64,000 nucleotides of DNA, taken from the NCBI GenBank assembly GCA_964489065.1, contig CAZAXH010000002.1, positions 120,099 through 184,098 on the forward strand, in the 5' to 3' direction. The notes beneath the pieces were generated by a model. The model did not search any database. It saw only the letters and a program-made list of their open reading frames with translations, and had not been told where the DNA came from. Shown in pieces: positions 1-12,593 of the stretch (the first letter of the stretch is position 1; each line of letters opens with the position of its first letter). The translations under genes and the position numbers were made by a program. Source of the stretch: an uncultured Planctomycetales bacterium. Lineage in GTDB: Bacteria > Omnitrophota > Gorgyraeia > Zapsychrales > JANLHA01.

Positions 1-1
1 G

Positions 2-244
<243 letters not shown>

Positions 245-257
245 GAGGGAGATTCCT

Positions 258-1451
258 ATGAATTATGAAAGTTGGATCAGTTACCGGTATTTATCGCGCC
301 GGAAAGGCGGGTTTCTTTCTTTCCTGACTTTTATTTCTATAGCCGGGGTCGCCCTGGGGGTCCTAGCCTTAATCGTCGTGACCGGGGTGATGACGGGATT
401 TGCCAACAATTTACGGGAAAAAATTATCGGTTCTTCCCCGCATATCGCGGTGGAAAAAGAAACCGGGATTCAGGATTATGCGGAGGTGGCGGGCCAGCTG
501 ACCCGGCTAGAGGGCGTGATGGGCGTTTCGCCGTATGTTCAGGGCAATGTGTTTCTGGACCTGGAAGGCAATGCGCTGGGATTGGTGATCCGGGGCGTTG
601 ATCCTGAAACCGAGGGCCGGGTGACGAAAGTGAAAGAGTTTCTTAAGGAAGGCGATCTTGCCCAACTGGATGAAGAAGGGATCCTGATCGGCCGGGAGTT
701 GGCCCGTTATGCCGGTTACTCTCTGGGGGATCAGGTGACGATCATCGCTCCGGGGTCGGGGATCGCCGGGAAAGGGTGGAAATATACTTTGACTATCCGC
801 GGCATCTTTGACACGGGCATGGTGGATTTTGATATGAACCTGGCCCTCCTTCATATCCAGAAAGCCCGGATCATTTTTAATCTCCCGGAGCAGAAAGTCA
901 GCGGTCTTGGCGTTAAGCTCGACGATCCTCAGCAGGCGAAGGACGTCCAGAAAAAGATTTATGATATTTTGGGGTACAGTTTCCTGGTGAGAACCTGGAT
1001 TGATGTTAACCGGAATCTTTTTGACGCGCTTTTCCTGGAAAAGTGGGGGCTGTTTATCGTGCTCACGATGATGGTGCTGGTCGCGTCTTTTAACATTATC
1101 AGCACGCTTATTGTTACAGTTATGAGCAAAATTCACGATATCGGCATTCTGCAGTCGATAGGCGTGCCGAAACAGTCTATCCGGAATATTTTTACAAAAA
1201 TGGGGATGTATATCGGCAGCACGGGAACCTTGTTGGGGTTGCTGGGCGGATTTGCGGTGAGCTATATTTTAAAGACTTATATTAAAGTCCCCGCGGATAT
1301 TTATTCGATTGATCATGTGCCGGTCGAGATTCAGTTGTTTGATATTTTTGCCATCGTTGTGGCCGCCCTAGTGATCACTTATTGCGCTTCTATTTATCCC
1401 GCGGCCAGGGCCGCACGACTGCAGCCGGTGGAAGCGTTGAGGTATGAGTAG
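258..1451 (+). CDS. lipoprotein-release ABC transporter permease, LolC/LolE (FtsX-like) family
   Basis: 397 aa with an N-terminal TM helix, a large periplasmic domain and a C-terminal 3-TM FtsX-like module. It lies immediately upstream of a LolD-like ATPase. Confidence 0.8.
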   Translation: MNYESWISYRYLSRRKGGFLSFLTFISIAGVALGVLALIVVTGVMTGFANNLREKIIGSSPHIAVEKETGIQDYAEVAGQLTRLEGVMGVSPYVQGNVFLDLEGNALGLVIRGVDPETEGRVTKVKEFLKEGDLAQLDEEGILIGRELARYAGYSLGDQVTIIAPGSGIAGKGWKYTLTIRGIFDTGMVDFDMNLALLHIQKARIIFNLPEQKVSGLGVKLDDPQQAKDVQKKIYDILGYSFLVRTWIDVNRNLFDALFLEKWGLFIVLTMMVLVASFNIISTLIVTVMSKIHDIGILQSIGVPKQSIRNIFTKMGMYIGSTGTLLGLLGGFAVSYILKTYIKVPADIYSIDHVPVEIQLFDIFAIVVAALVITYCASIYPAARAARLQPVEALRYE

Positions 1452-1502
1452 GAATTTTGAAGAATTCACGTAGCAGGGAAAAGGAAAGGCCGGTATAATG
1501 AC

Positions 1503-2243
1503 ATGGTGATTGACGCGCGTCAGCTGACAAAGACTTATATCCAGTCCGCCAGCCGCTTGGATGTCCTTAAAGGGGTGACGTTTCAGGTCCAGGAAGGGGA
1601 ATTCGTCGCCGTGGTCGGCCCTTCCGGGGCCGGGAAATCGACGTTGCTTCATATCATAGGCGGGCTGGATAAACCGAGTTCCGGAAATGTCTTTGTGGAC
1701 GGGGAAGACCTGTACCGTTTAGGGGATAAAGCGCGCGCGAAAGTCCGCAGCCAGAAGATCGGTTTTATTTTTCAGTTTTATCATCTTTTGCCGGAATTCT
1801 CCGCCCTGGAGAATGTTTTCCTACCGGCCATGGTGTGCGGGCAGGAAACGGATATGGCTTCTTTGAAAACCCGCGCCGGGGAGCTCCTTGGTAAGATGGG
1901 CCTCTCGCGCCGTCTGGAACACCGGCCCAGCGAACTTTCCGGGGGGGAACAGCAGCGGGTGGCGATCGCCCGGTCGCTTATGAACGCCCCTAAAATTCTT
2001 CTCTGTGATGAGCCGACGGGTAATCTTGATTCGGGAAGCGGTGCGGAAATTATCGATTTATTAGCGGAACTTAACCGGAACAGGAACCTAACGTTGATTA
2101 TCGTAACTCACGATGCCGGAATTGCCCGGCGGGCGCAGAAAGTCGTCATGATGAAGGACGGAAGGTTCATGGACGGACACAGCCGGGGTGACTATCATAA
2201 TAATAACAATGACGAATTTAAAAATGAGGTGAGCTGCGTATGA
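1503..2243 (+). CDS. lolD: lipoprotein-release ABC transporter ATP-binding protein
   Basis: Walker A GPSGAGKST, ABC signature LSGGEQQRVAIAR and Walker B ILLCDEPT. Sits directly downstream of the Lol permease. Confidence 0.85.
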   Translation: MVIDARQLTKTYIQSASRLDVLKGVTFQVQEGEFVAVVGPSGAGKSTLLHIIGGLDKPSSGNVFVDGEDLYRLGDKARAKVRSQKIGFIFQFYHLLPEFSALENVFLPAMVCGQETDMASLKTRAGELLGKMGLSRRLEHRPSELSGGEQQRVAIARSLMNAPKILLCDEPTGNLDSGSGAEIIDLLAELNRNRNLTLIIVTHDAGIARRAQKVVMMKDGRFMDGHSRGDYHNNNNDEFKNEVSCV

Positions 2244-3103
2244 AAGTTTATATTAACGGCAAGTATGTCAGCAAAGAGGATGCGAATATCTCCGTGTTTG
2301 ACCACGGTTTCCTGTATGGGGACGGCGCCTTTGAAGGGATCCGGTCTTATCGACGGCTGGTCTTCCGCCTGAAGGCCCACGTGGATCGCCTTTATGAAAC
2401 GATGCATACGCTCATGATTGATATCCCGTTGACGAAAGAACAAATGATTCAGGCTATTGTTGACACCCTGAACCAAAACAACCTGGATGATGCTTACATC
2501 CGGGTGATTGTAACCCGAGGCGTGGGCGATTTAGGGCTGGATCCCAAAAAATGTTATGGGACGCCGGGAGTGATTATTATTACGGATAAGATCACTTTAT
2601 ATCCGGATGAACTTTATCGCAACGGGATGGCGATTATGACCGTTTCGACGGTCCGGAATCATCCGGAGGCTTTGAATCCACAACTGAAATCCCTGAATTA
2701 TTTAAATAATATCCTCGCCAAGATCGAGGCCAGCAATGCCGGGTTTAACGAGGCGATTATGATGGATACGCAGGGGTATGTGGCGGAATGCACAGGCGAT
2801 AATATTTTTATTATGAAAAATGGGGTGTTAGTAACGCCTCTCACGGGCCGGTTGAGAGGGATTACCCGGGACGTTGTCCTGGAATTGGCCGAAAAGAACG
2901 GCGTTAAAACCTCCGAAGGGTTCCTGACGCGGCATGAGATTTATAACGCGGATGAATGTTTCCTGACCGGAACAGCGGCGGAGATTATCCCGGTCGTTAA
3001 AGTTGACGGGCGGTTGATCGCGGACGGCAAACCGGGTTGTTTTACGCAAAAATTTATTCAGCAGTTCAAAGAGGTTACCACCCGGGACGGGGTCAAGTAT
3101 TAA
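2240..3103 (+). CDS. ilvE: class IV aminotransferase, probably branched-chain-amino-acid aminotransferase
   Basis: 287 aa with N-terminal FLYGDGAFEGIRSY and a class IV (IlvE/Dat) fold signature. An ATGA overlap with lolD suggests an operon. Confidence 0.6.
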   Translation: MKVYINGKYVSKEDANISVFDHGFLYGDGAFEGIRSYRRLVFRLKAHVDRLYETMHTLMIDIPLTKEQMIQAIVDTLNQNNLDDAYIRVIVTRGVGDLGLDPKKCYGTPGVIIITDKITLYPDELYRNGMAIMTVSTVRNHPEALNPQLKSLNYLNNILAKIEASNAGFNEAIMMDTQGYVAECTGDNIFIMKNGVLVTPLTGRLRGITRDVVLELAEKNGVKTSEGFLTRHEIYNADECFLTGTAAEIIPVVKVDGRLIADGKPGCFTQKFIQQFKEVTTRDGVKY

Positions 3104-3171
3104 AACGGATAATCGGCTCGTCCGTAAAAGAGAGTCCTCCTTGGGGCGGGATTACCAGTTGAGGATAGTTT

Positions 3172-3681
3172 ATGATTTGTGACTTATGTGGAAAAAAGAA
3201 AGCAACGGTTCATTTAACAGAAATCGTCGATGATCAGCTGCTTGAGATGCATCTGTGTGAGGAATGCGCCCGGGAAAAAAGCGTGCAGATGGAACAGCAA
3301 TTCGGTCTTTCTGACCTGCTGGCGGGCCTGGCTGATTTTGGCAAGCAGGTCAAGGATTATGAAAAGGTTAAATCCGTCTGCCCTTCCTGCCAGCTGACGT
3401 ACGAAGATTTCAAGAAGATGGGGCGGCTGGGGTGCAGCGAATGTTACACCGCCTTCCAGGATCAATTAGGCGGGCTGCTCAAAAGGATTCATGGTTCCAA
3501 TCGGCATCACGGCAAAACGCCGGGGATTGTTTCGGCTCAGGCGTTGCCGAAGACCGATTCTTTGGTTGACCTGAAACAGCAGCTGCAGCAGGCTGTTGAG
3601 CAGGAACGGTTTGAACAGGCCGCCGAACTTCGGGACCGTATTCGCGAGCTGGAGAATAAAAAGAAGGAAGAAAAGGCATGA
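3172..3681 (+). CDS. mcsA: McsA-like activator of protein-arginine kinase (zinc-ribbon pairs plus UVR motif)
   Basis: N-terminal CDLCGKK...CEEC and CPSC...CSEC Cys pairs, and a C-terminal UvrB/UvrC-like motif ERFEQAAELRDRIRELE. Directly upstream of mcsB. Confidence 0.7.
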   Translation: MICDLCGKKKATVHLTEIVDDQLLEMHLCEECAREKSVQMEQQFGLSDLLAGLADFGKQVKDYEKVKSVCPSCQLTYEDFKKMGRLGCSECYTAFQDQLGGLLKRIHGSNRHHGKTPGIVSAQALPKTDSLVDLKQQLQQAVEQERFEQAAELRDRIRELENKKKEEKA

Positions 3682-4730
3682 AACTTGATGATTTGATTTA
3701 TCATACCGGTCAGTGGCTCAAAGGGACCGGACCGTATTCCAACATCGTGATGTCCTCCCGCATCCGGCTGGCGCGGAATCTTTTTTCTGTGCCGTTTCCG
3801 AACAAGGCTTCTAAAAAAGATTTGCTGCATGTTCTGGCGACTGTTCAGGAGGCCAAGGATAAAATCGATTATTTCAAGGATGCCACCCTGTTTCAGATGA
3901 GCGAACTGGACAGCATTGACCGCCAGTTTTTGATTGAGCGGCATTTGATGAGCCATGAGCATTCCTCCAATCCCGAAGGGAAAGCGTTGATCGTTTCCCA
4001 GGAGGAAATCCTGTCGGTTATGATTAACGAGGAGGATCATCTGCGGATTCAGGTGATGCAGTCGGGCTTTAATTTGCATGAAACCTGGAAAATTATCGAT
4101 ATGATGGATGATAAACTTTCCAGCATCTTGCAATACGCTTTTTTGAATACCTGGGGGTATTTGACGGCCTGCCCGACCAATACCGGGACCGCGATGCGCG
4201 GTTCGGTCATGCTGCATCTCCCGGCGCTGGTGATGACCAAGCAGATCAACAAGGTCCTGACGGCCATCGCCAAGCTGAGTTTCGCCTCCCGCGGGTTCTA
4301 CGGGGAGGGGACGCAGGCCCGGGGTAACTTTTATCAGATTTCCAACCAGGTTTCCCTCGGGCACAGCGAGGAAGATATTATTCAGAACATCAACGGCCTG
4401 ATCCGTCAGGTGATCGAGCAGGAGGAGCAGGCGCGGCAGGCTTTAATTCTGCAGAATAAACCGATGCTGGAAGACAAAATTTTCCGGTCTTTGGGGGTTA
4501 TCAAGAACGCGCATATTATTTCCAGCCAGGAGACCATTGAGTTGCTGTCGATGGTCCGCTTGGGGATTGACCTCGGGCTGGTTAAGAATATCGACCGCTG
4601 CACGATCAATGAACTGCTGATTCTGATTCAGCCGGCGCACCTTCAGAAGATCGAGGGCAAGAAACTCTCGGCCACGGCCCGGGATATCCGCAGAGCGAGT
4701 TTAATGAGAGAAAAGTTAGGAGGAATGTAG
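3678..4730 (+). CDS. mcsB: protein-arginine kinase (ATP:guanido phosphotransferase family)
   Basis: Phosphagen-kinase active-site motif CPTNTGTAMRGSV. 350 aa; gene order mcsA-mcsB-clpC. Confidence 0.85.
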   Translation: MKLDDLIYHTGQWLKGTGPYSNIVMSSRIRLARNLFSVPFPNKASKKDLLHVLATVQEAKDKIDYFKDATLFQMSELDSIDRQFLIERHLMSHEHSSNPEGKALIVSQEEILSVMINEEDHLRIQVMQSGFNLHETWKIIDMMDDKLSSILQYAFLNTWGYLTACPTNTGTAMRGSVMLHLPALVMTKQINKVLTAIAKLSFASRGFYGEGTQARGNFYQISNQVSLGHSEEDIIQNINGLIRQVIEQEEQARQALILQNKPMLEDKIFRSLGVIKNAHIISSQETIELLSMVRLGIDLGLVKNIDRCTINELLILIQPAHLQKIEGKKLSATARDIRRASLMREKLGGM

Positions 4731-7163
4731 ATGTTTAATAGATTTACTGAAAGAGCGAGGAAAGTGATCGTATATGCCAAGGAGGAGGCCAGGCGTTTTA
4801 ACCATGATTATATCGGCACGGAGCACCTGCTTTTGGGATTGATCCGGGAGGGCGAAGGGGTCGCGGCGGCGGTCCTGCAGAAGCTGGGCCTAGACTTGGA
4901 AACGATCCGTATTGAGGTCGAAAAGCTTGTCCAGCCCGGGCCGCAGACCCAGGTTTTGGGGGATATCCCGTTCACGCCCCGCTCCAAGAAGGCGTTGGAG
5001 CTTTCGGCGGAAGAAGCGCGGGCGCTAGGCCATAATTATATCGGCACGGAACATCTGCTGCTGGGGCTGGTGAAGGAAGGCGAAGGCATGGCTTACCGGG
5101 TTCTTTTGAACCTGGGGCTGGATTTGAGTAAACTGCGCAATGAAATTATGGAGTTGCTCGGCTCCGGGATCCCGGGGTTCAGCGTGCAGGAACAGCAGGG
5201 GAAAGGTGGAAAAACTCCGGCGATTGACGCCTACGGCCGGAATTTGAACCGGCTGGCCAAGGAAGGCAAGCTGGATCCGGTGATCGGACGTTCGGAGGAA
5301 ATTGAGCGGATTGTCCAGATCCTGAGCCGGAGGACTAAGAATAACCCGGTGCTCCTCGGGGAAGCGGGCGTCGGCAAGACCGCTATTGTGGAAGGACTCG
5401 CGCAGTTGATCGTTGCCGGAGATGTCCCGGAGGTGCTGCGGGACAAAAATATCGTGGTCTTGGACCTGGCGCTTATGATTGCGGGGACAAAATATCGCGG
5501 GCAGTTTGAAGAGCGGATCAAGGCGATCATGGATGAAATCAAACGTTCTGGGAAAATTATCCTTTTTGTCGATGAGTTGCATACGCTGGTTGGCGCTGGA
5601 GCGGCGGAGGGCGCTATTGACGCCGCCAATATTTTAAAACCGGCCTTAGCACGGGGAGAAATCCAGTGTATCGGGGCTACCACGCTGGATGAATACCGTA
5701 AACATATCGAGAAAGACGCGGCTCTGGAACGCCGTTTTCAGACGATCCTCGTCAACCCTCCTTCTGTGGATGAAGCGATTCAGATTTTAAAAGGCCTACG
5801 GGACAAGTATGAAGCCCATCACCGGGTCAAATTTTCCGATGAGGCCTTGGGCGCCGCGGTGCGGTTGTCTGACCGTTATATTTCCGGCCGGGCGTTGCCG
5901 GACAAGGCGGTGGATATTTTGGACGAGGCGGGGGCGCGGGCGCGGCTGCACGCCATGGAAGTTCCTCCGGAAATCAAGGATCTGGAGGCGCAGATTGAGC
6001 AGCTGCGCAAGGAAAAGGAAGCGTTTATCAAGAGTCAGGATTTTGAAAAAGCCGCTCATATGAGGGATCAGGAACGGAGCGTGCGCGAAAATCTGGATCG
6101 GGTCCGCGCGGAATGGTCACAGAAACGGGATAACGTAACGATTACCTTGGGAGAGGAAGAAATCGCAAAGGTTATTTCCCAGTGGACCAAGATCCCGCTG
6201 GTTCGGCTTGAGCAGAAGGAAACGGAAAAACTGCTTAGCATGGACAAGCAGCTCAAGAAGACCGTCGTGGGGCAGGAGGAGGCTATTAGCGTGATTTCCC
6301 GGGCGGTTCGACGTTCGCGGGCGGGAATCAAGAATCCCCGTCGGCCGATCGGGTCGTTTGTGTTTTTAGGACCGACCGGGGTGGGGAAGACGCACCTGGC
6401 CCGGGTTTTAACGGAATATATGTTCGGGGACGCCGACGCCCTGATTCAGATCGACATGTCGGAATACATGGACAAGTTCAACGTGTCCCGCCTGATCGGA
6501 GCTCCGCCGGGCTACGTGGGGTATGAAGAAGGGGGGCAGTTGACGGAGAAGGTCCGGCGCAAGCCGTATTCTGTTGTCCTTCTGGATGAGATTGAAAAAG
6601 CGCATCCGGATGTTTTTAACCTCCTTCTTCAGGTGTTTGAGGAGGGCCGGTTGACGGACAGCCTGGGCCGGAAAGTGGATTTTCGCAATACGATTATTAT
6701 TATGACGTCTAATGTCGGGGCGGACATCCTGAGGACCAAAGGCGCCTTAGGTTTCGGCGCCCAGACTGCGGATGCCTCTTATGAGGACATGAAGGCCCGG
6801 CTTCTGGAAGAAGTCAAAAGGGTTTTTAAACCGGAATTTTTGAACCGTATTGACGACATCGTTGTTTTTAGACAATTGACGAAAGAGAACCTAGAGGAAA
6901 TTGTTGATATAGAAATCCGGGAGGTTGCCAAACGATTGCGTGAACAGAATATTTCTCTTGAGTTAAACCGGGAGGCGAAAGATTTCCTCATTGAGAAAGG
7001 TTTTGATCCGGTCTTCGGGGCCCGGCCGTTGAAACGGACGATCCAGCGGTATTTGGAAGACCCCCTTGCGGAAGAAATTATCGCCGGGCAATTTAAAGAA
7101 GGCAGTAAAATTCAAGTTGTTCGTAACAACGATTATCTGCGCTTTGAGTCTTCTGCCTCATAA
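4731..7163 (+). CDS. clpC: ATP-dependent Clp protease ATP-binding subunit ClpC (AAA+ class I)
   Basis: Duplicated Clp N-domain repeats. Two AAA modules ([17 protein letters not shown]) and a UVR-like middle-domain motif. Confidence 0.9.
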   Translation: MFNRFTERARKVIVYAKEEARRFNHDYIGTEHLLLGLIREGEGVAAAVLQKLGLDLETIRIEVEKLVQPGPQTQVLGDIPFTPRSKKALELSAEEARALGHNYIGTEHLLLGLVKEGEGMAYRVLLNLGLDLSKLRNEIMELLGSGIPGFSVQEQQGKGGKTPAIDAYGRNLNRLAKEGKLDPVIGRSEEIERIVQILSRRTKNNPVLLGEAGVGKTAIVEGLAQLIVAGDVPEVLRDKNIVVLDLALMIAGTKYRGQFEERIKAIMDEIKRSGKIILFVDELHTLVGAGAAEGAIDAANILKPALARGEIQCIGATTLDEYRKHIEKDAALERRFQTILVNPPSVDEAIQILKGLRDKYEAHHRVKFSDEALGAAVRLSDRYISGRALPDKAVDILDEAGARARLHAMEVPPEIKDLEAQIEQLRKEKEAFIKSQDFEKAAHMRDQERSVRENLDRVRAEWSQKRDNVTITLGEEEIAKVISQWTKIPLVRLEQKETEKLLSMDKQLKKTVVGQEEAISVISRAVRRSRAGIKNPRRPIGSFVFLGPTGVGKTHLARVLTEYMFGDADALIQIDMSEYMDKFNVSRLIGAPPGYVGYEEGGQLTEKVRRKPYSVVLLDEIEKAHPDVFNLLLQVFEEGRLTDSLGRKVDFRNTIIIMTSNVGADILRTKGALGFGAQTADASYEDMKARLLEEVKRVFKPEFLNRIDDIVVFRQLTKENLEEIVDIEIREVAKRLREQNISLELNREAKDFLIEKGFDPVFGARPLKRTIQRYLEDPLAEEIIAGQFKEGSKIQVVRNNDYLRFESSAS

Positions 7164-7294
7164 CCGTGCGCGTTTAGCAGGCAGGAGATGGTGGCCGTCT
7201 GCGCCCCGGGATTATTTTAATATTCCCTCTTGGCTTGTGAGTTTCTGTGTTTTTGTCCTTTATACGGGTGTTGTCGCCGGGGAACAGGTTGTGA

Positions 7295-8187
7295 TGCAGG
7301 GTGAAATAGATTTCATCCAGAAGGCATTAAGGGTTCGATTTATTTCCGAAACAGAACATAAAGCCGTGTTTGAGATCAGTCCAGCTTCCGAAAGGTCTTT
7401 TCAGATTTTTGCGGAACTGGATAACTGGCCGAGCAGGTTTTTTTTTATTTCAGCCGTTCTTGAGGCGTCTTTGGATATCGTTTCAGACGGGGGGAATACG
7501 CCGGAGTATGCCGGGCAGCTGCGCAGCCGCTACGTGTTGCTTAATAATAAGCCGGTAGAGGATATCTCCGCGCGGTTTATATTAAAAGATCGTGCGGTTT
7601 TGCTGGAGCGGGTTTCTCTGGGGAATTGTGTTGCCAGCGGGAGTTGGACAGGGGAACCTCCCTATTCTTTACGGGCGACGGTTGAGTTTTCGGATGTCCC
7701 GTTATATGATATTGTTACTTTGTTCCTGGACGTGCCGCGGGGCGAAGTGGATGGGGCGGCGGCCGGAAAAATCCGTTTAAGCGGGAACGGCTTGGACGTT
7801 ATGTTGCAGGCGGAAGTGTTCCTGACAAACGGCTGTATCGGCGATCTGGAATACCGGCAGCTACGGCTGAAAGGAGAGGGACTTTTTCCGAAGTTCAGAA
7901 TAACAGATTCCTTTATTTCTAAGGAAGATGGATTAAGCTTTAAAGTGTCCGGCATGTTAAATTTGGCCAGGTTCGATAATTTCGCTCAACAGTTACGGGC
8001 TCTTCAGAGACAGCCAGTGGTAAAATCTACGGCGGCGGAAACCGAATGGACATTGAAGCGGCTTGAGGCGGCTGACAAATCCGGGACAACGGAATTAAAA
8101 TATCTTTACCGCCGAAAAGAGAACATTAACACCATGTCGGATGAGGATGTGGATTTGATTGGCGTCGAACAGAAATTGAAATTTTAG
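7295..8187 (+). CDS. hypothetical protein inserted between clpC and radA
   Basis: Long ORF with no recognisable motifs. The ORF-track start at 7066 overlaps the clpC 3' end, so the first ATG (7294) is used here. The true start is uncertain and could be an upstream GTG that would add a hydrophobic N-terminus. Confidence 0.4.
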
Positions 8188-8251
8188 CCGGTGCGGGGTG
8201 GATGGCAGCCCCAGGAAATGGCCCGGGTGTGGCGGCGGAAGCGAGGTGGTT

Positions 8252-9616
<1,365 letters not shown>

Positions 9617-9650
9617 CTGCGGAACTGGTATTTGCCCGGAGGAGGGGTTC

Positions 9651-10658
9651 ATGACACTGTTATTCATTCGGACATTTTTTCTGATTATCAGCACGCTGGT
9701 AGGTTTTTATGTGGGGTCCATATCCTTGTATCCTGTTTTTGGTGTCTGTTTCGGGTTCGGCACGGGGCTGGCGCTGATTTTGTTGGAAATTAGCCTCCGC
9801 CGGGTTTCGGTGCGGGGCTTGTCCAGCATGGTGTTCGGTCTGCTTCTGGGCGTATTTATGGCGAAACTCGTTTCCGACATCCTTTCCTTGCTTCCGCTGG
9901 GTGATTTTGTCCAGTCGGTTTCGCGGGTGGTTTTTACGCTCGTTTTTTCCTACTTGGGGGCGGTGATGGCCCTTCGGGGCAAGGATGAGTTTAACCTTAT
10001 TATTCCTTACGTCCGGTTTAAAAGACAGGATGTGGAGGAACGGCTCGTGCTTCTGGATACCAGCGCGATTATCGACGGTAGGATCCTGGATATTTGTAAG
10101 ACCAATTTTTTTATCGGCCGGATTGTGGTCCCGCGGTTTGTCCTGCAGGAACTTCAGCGGGTTGCGGACTCCCGTGATCCGTTGAAGCGGCAGAGAGGCC
10201 GCCGGGGCTTGGAATTCTTACGCACCCTTCAGAAAGATGCCACCTTCGATTTGCATATCCACGAGGAAGAGTTCCCGCAGGAAGGAGATGTGGACGCCAA
10301 GCTCGTGAGTTTAGCCAAGAGAATCGATGCCCGGATTTGTACGACTGACTTTAACCTGAGCCGCACCGCGGCTATCCAGGGCGTTCAGATCCTGAATTTA
10401 AATGAGCTGGTGAACGCGTTGAAGCCGATGTTTTTTGCCGGGGATGAATTATCGGTTCGCTTGGTCCGGGAAGGCAAAGAGCCGGATCAGGCGGTGGCTT
10501 ACACGGAAGAGGGCGTGATGATTGTCGTCAGTGACGCCAGGAATCTGATCGGGAAAACAGTTCCGGTGCAGGTGGCGTCTGTCCTGCAGACGCAGAGCGG
10601 CCGGATGGTTTTTGCGAAGCTTGTCAACGGAACGGAAGGGCAGCAGAAGCGCGCATGA
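9651..10658 (+). CDS. membrane-anchored PIN plus TRAM domain protein (YacL-like)
   Basis: Three N-terminal TM helices, a PIN-like core (LLDTSAIIDGRI...) and a C-terminal TRAM-like beta domain. Syntenic with radA and ispDF as in Firmicutes yacL. Confidence 0.7.
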   Translation: MTLLFIRTFFLIISTLVGFYVGSISLYPVFGVCFGFGTGLALILLEISLRRVSVRGLSSMVFGLLLGVFMAKLVSDILSLLPLGDFVQSVSRVVFTLVFSYLGAVMALRGKDEFNLIIPYVRFKRQDVEERLVLLDTSAIIDGRILDICKTNFFIGRIVVPRFVLQELQRVADSRDPLKRQRGRRGLEFLRTLQKDATFDLHIHEEEFPQEGDVDAKLVSLAKRIDARICTTDFNLSRTAAIQGVQILNLNELVNALKPMFFAGDELSVRLVREGKEPDQAVAYTEEGVMIVVSDARNLIGKTVPVQVASVLQTQSGRMVFAKLVNGTEGQQKRA

Positions 10659-11371
10659 AAACCCAGGTGATTCTCGCGGCCGCCGGAGACGGCGTACGTT
10701 TAAAAAGCGATGTCCTTAAACCTTTTGTCCGGATTCAGGATAAACCGATGTTGCTTTATTCCCTGGAGGTTTTTGCCCGTTCATCCCTGATCGACAGTGT
10801 TATTATCCTGACCCGGGCCGATTGGGTGGACCGATGCCGGGACATGGTCGAGAAAAGCGGCATTCAGAAGGTGTCGGATGTTTTGCCCGGAGGGAAAACC
10901 CGTTGTGAATCTGTCCGTCAGGGGTTGGCCGCTCTGGATACGGATACGAAATATGTGCTGATCCACGATGCCGCCCGTCCTTTGATCACGCAAAGGTTAG
11001 TTGAAGAATCTTTGAGGGTTTGCTATGATGAACATTCGGTGATTCTGGGGGTGCCGGTGAAACCGACGATCAAGAAAGTCCGGGTGAAAGATAATACCGT
11101 GGAGGCGACCCTGGACCGCAGTCAGTTATGGGAAGCCCAGACCCCGCAGGTTTTCCGCAAGGATATTATCCTGGCGGCTCACGCCAGGGCCGATGATTTA
11201 TGCGCGACGGACGATGCGTTCCTGGTGGAACGTTGCGGGCATAAAGTCAAAGTGCTCCGGGGGGATTATTTTAATATTAAAATCACGTCTCCGGAAGATC
11301 TGGTGTTGGCGGAATTGTTGCTCCAGGGCCAAGGGGATTCCGGTGCGGCACCAGCAGGGAAAAAGCGATGA
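10655..11371 (+). CDS. ispD: 2-C-methyl-D-erythritol 4-phosphate cytidylyltransferase
   Basis: N-terminal VILAAAGDGVRL nucleotide-binding motif and IspD-like length. ATGA overlap into ispF. Confidence 0.85.
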   Translation: MKTQVILAAAGDGVRLKSDVLKPFVRIQDKPMLLYSLEVFARSSLIDSVIILTRADWVDRCRDMVEKSGIQKVSDVLPGGKTRCESVRQGLAALDTDTKYVLIHDAARPLITQRLVEESLRVCYDEHSVILGVPVKPTIKKVRVKDNTVEATLDRSQLWEAQTPQVFRKDIILAAHARADDLCATDDAFLVERCGHKVKVLRGDYFNIKITSPEDLVLAELLLQGQGDSGAAPAGKKR

Positions 11372-11847
11372 AACAGAAGATCGGCTTGGGGTATGATGTT
11401 CACCGTTTTGCGGAAGGGAGAAAGCTGTTCTTGGGGGGGGTGGAAATCCCGTATTCCAGAGGCCTTGAAGGTCATTCTGACGCGGACGCCCTGCTGCACG
11501 CGGTTTGTGACGCCCTGTTGGGCGCGCTGGGGAAGGGGGACATCGGGGAACATTTCCCTAACACCGACAGCCGGTATAAGGATATTTCCAGCGTCCAGCT
11601 CCTGAAAACCGTTTACGCCCTGGTCCGGGAAGAGGGCTTCCGGGTCAATAATATCGATGCCGTGATCATTGCCGAGGAACCACATTTGAAATCCTACAAG
11701 GAGGCCATGCGGGCCAGGATTGCCGCGGTTCTGGACATGACGCCGGAGGATGTTAACATTAAAGCGACAACGCAAGAGGGGATGGGTTTTCTCGGCCGTA
11801 AAGAAGGGGTGGCGGCTTATGCCACCGCGCTTTTAATCCATTCTTAA
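11368..11847 (+). CDS. ispF: 2-C-methyl-D-erythritol 2,4-cyclodiphosphate synthase
   Basis: Conserved IGLGYDVHRF...GHSDADALLHA motif; 159 aa. Confidence 0.9.
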   Translation: MKQKIGLGYDVHRFAEGRKLFLGGVEIPYSRGLEGHSDADALLHAVCDALLGALGKGDIGEHFPNTDSRYKDISSVQLLKTVYALVREEGFRVNNIDAVIIAEEPHLKSYKEAMRARIAAVLDMTPEDVNIKATTQEGMGFLGRKEGVAAYATALLIHS

Positions 11848-11862
11848 AATGAGGGCAAGGCC

Positions 11863-12564
11863 ATGACGTTATTAGCTGTTTTGCTGTTTTTTTGCGTGAT
11901 CTTTCTTTTGATCTCCATATTTTTTTCCGACGAGATCAAAGCCAGTAAAGAACGGGACCCTGCGGCTAAAGGCACGCTGGAGATCCTGCTGCTGTATCCG
12001 GGGCTGCACGCAATTATCCTTTACCGTGTGTCGCGCTGGTTATGGACCAAAGGCATCCCGCTGCTGCCCAGGCTGTTGTCGCAGGTGGCGCGGAGCCTGA
12101 CGGGGATCGAGATCCATCCCGGTGCCAAAATCGGCAAAGGGCTTTTTATCGATCATGGGACAGGAGTGGTGATCGGAGAAACAGCGATCATAGGAAACAA
12201 TGTGACCCTGTATCAGGGCGTGACCCTGGGGGGGACAGGCAAGGAAACCGGCAAGCGCCATCCGACCCTGGGTGACGATATCGTGATCGGGGCGGGGGCC
12301 AAAGTACTGGGGAACATTGAGATCGGTTCCAACGCCTATATCGGCGCCAATGCCGTCGTGGTCAAAGATGTGCCCCCCAACACCACGATTGTCGGTGTCC
12401 CGGGCCGGATCACCAAACAGGACGGCAAAAGAATTGATCGGTCCCTTGATCATATCCATATCCTGGACCCTGTTATGCAGCAGATCAACGAGCTGGAGAA
12501 AAGGTTGGACGCGCTGGAAAAAGACCGCCCGGCACCAAAATCTAAAAAATTAACGGAAGAGTAA
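11863..12564 (+). CDS. cysE: serine O-acetyltransferase
   Basis: SATase N-terminal domain and left-handed beta-helix hexapeptide repeats ([25 protein letters not shown]...). Confidence 0.8.
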   Translation: MTLLAVLLFFCVIFLLISIFFSDEIKASKERDPAAKGTLEILLLYPGLHAIILYRVSRWLWTKGIPLLPRLLSQVARSLTGIEIHPGAKIGKGLFIDHGTGVVIGETAIIGNNVTLYQGVTLGGTGKETGKRHPTLGDDIVIGAGAKVLGNIEIGSNAYIGANAVVVKDVPPNTTIVGVPGRITKQDGKRIDRSLDHIHILDPVMQQINELEKRLDALEKDRPAPKSKKLTEE

Positions 12565-12593
12565 TATCCTGGGCCCCGGTCAGGCCGGGACGT

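Noticed and set aside
507-1136. 209-aa minus-strand ORF inside the Lol permease gene. Similar long antisense ORFs occur at 3537..4364, 5025..5683, 41670..42494, 43136..43750 and 47508..48068.
   Set aside because: Each lies entirely within, and antisense to, a well-supported protein-coding gene in GC-rich sequence. Their translations are low-complexity and Arg/Pro/Gly-rich. They are typical spurious shadow ORFs.
7066-7294. Upstream extension of the 7066..8187 ORF overlapping the clpC 3' end
   Set aside because: It would overlap the clpC coding sequence by ~100 nt in another frame. The first ATG at 7294 is used instead, although an upstream GTG start giving a hydrophobic N-terminus cannot be excluded.
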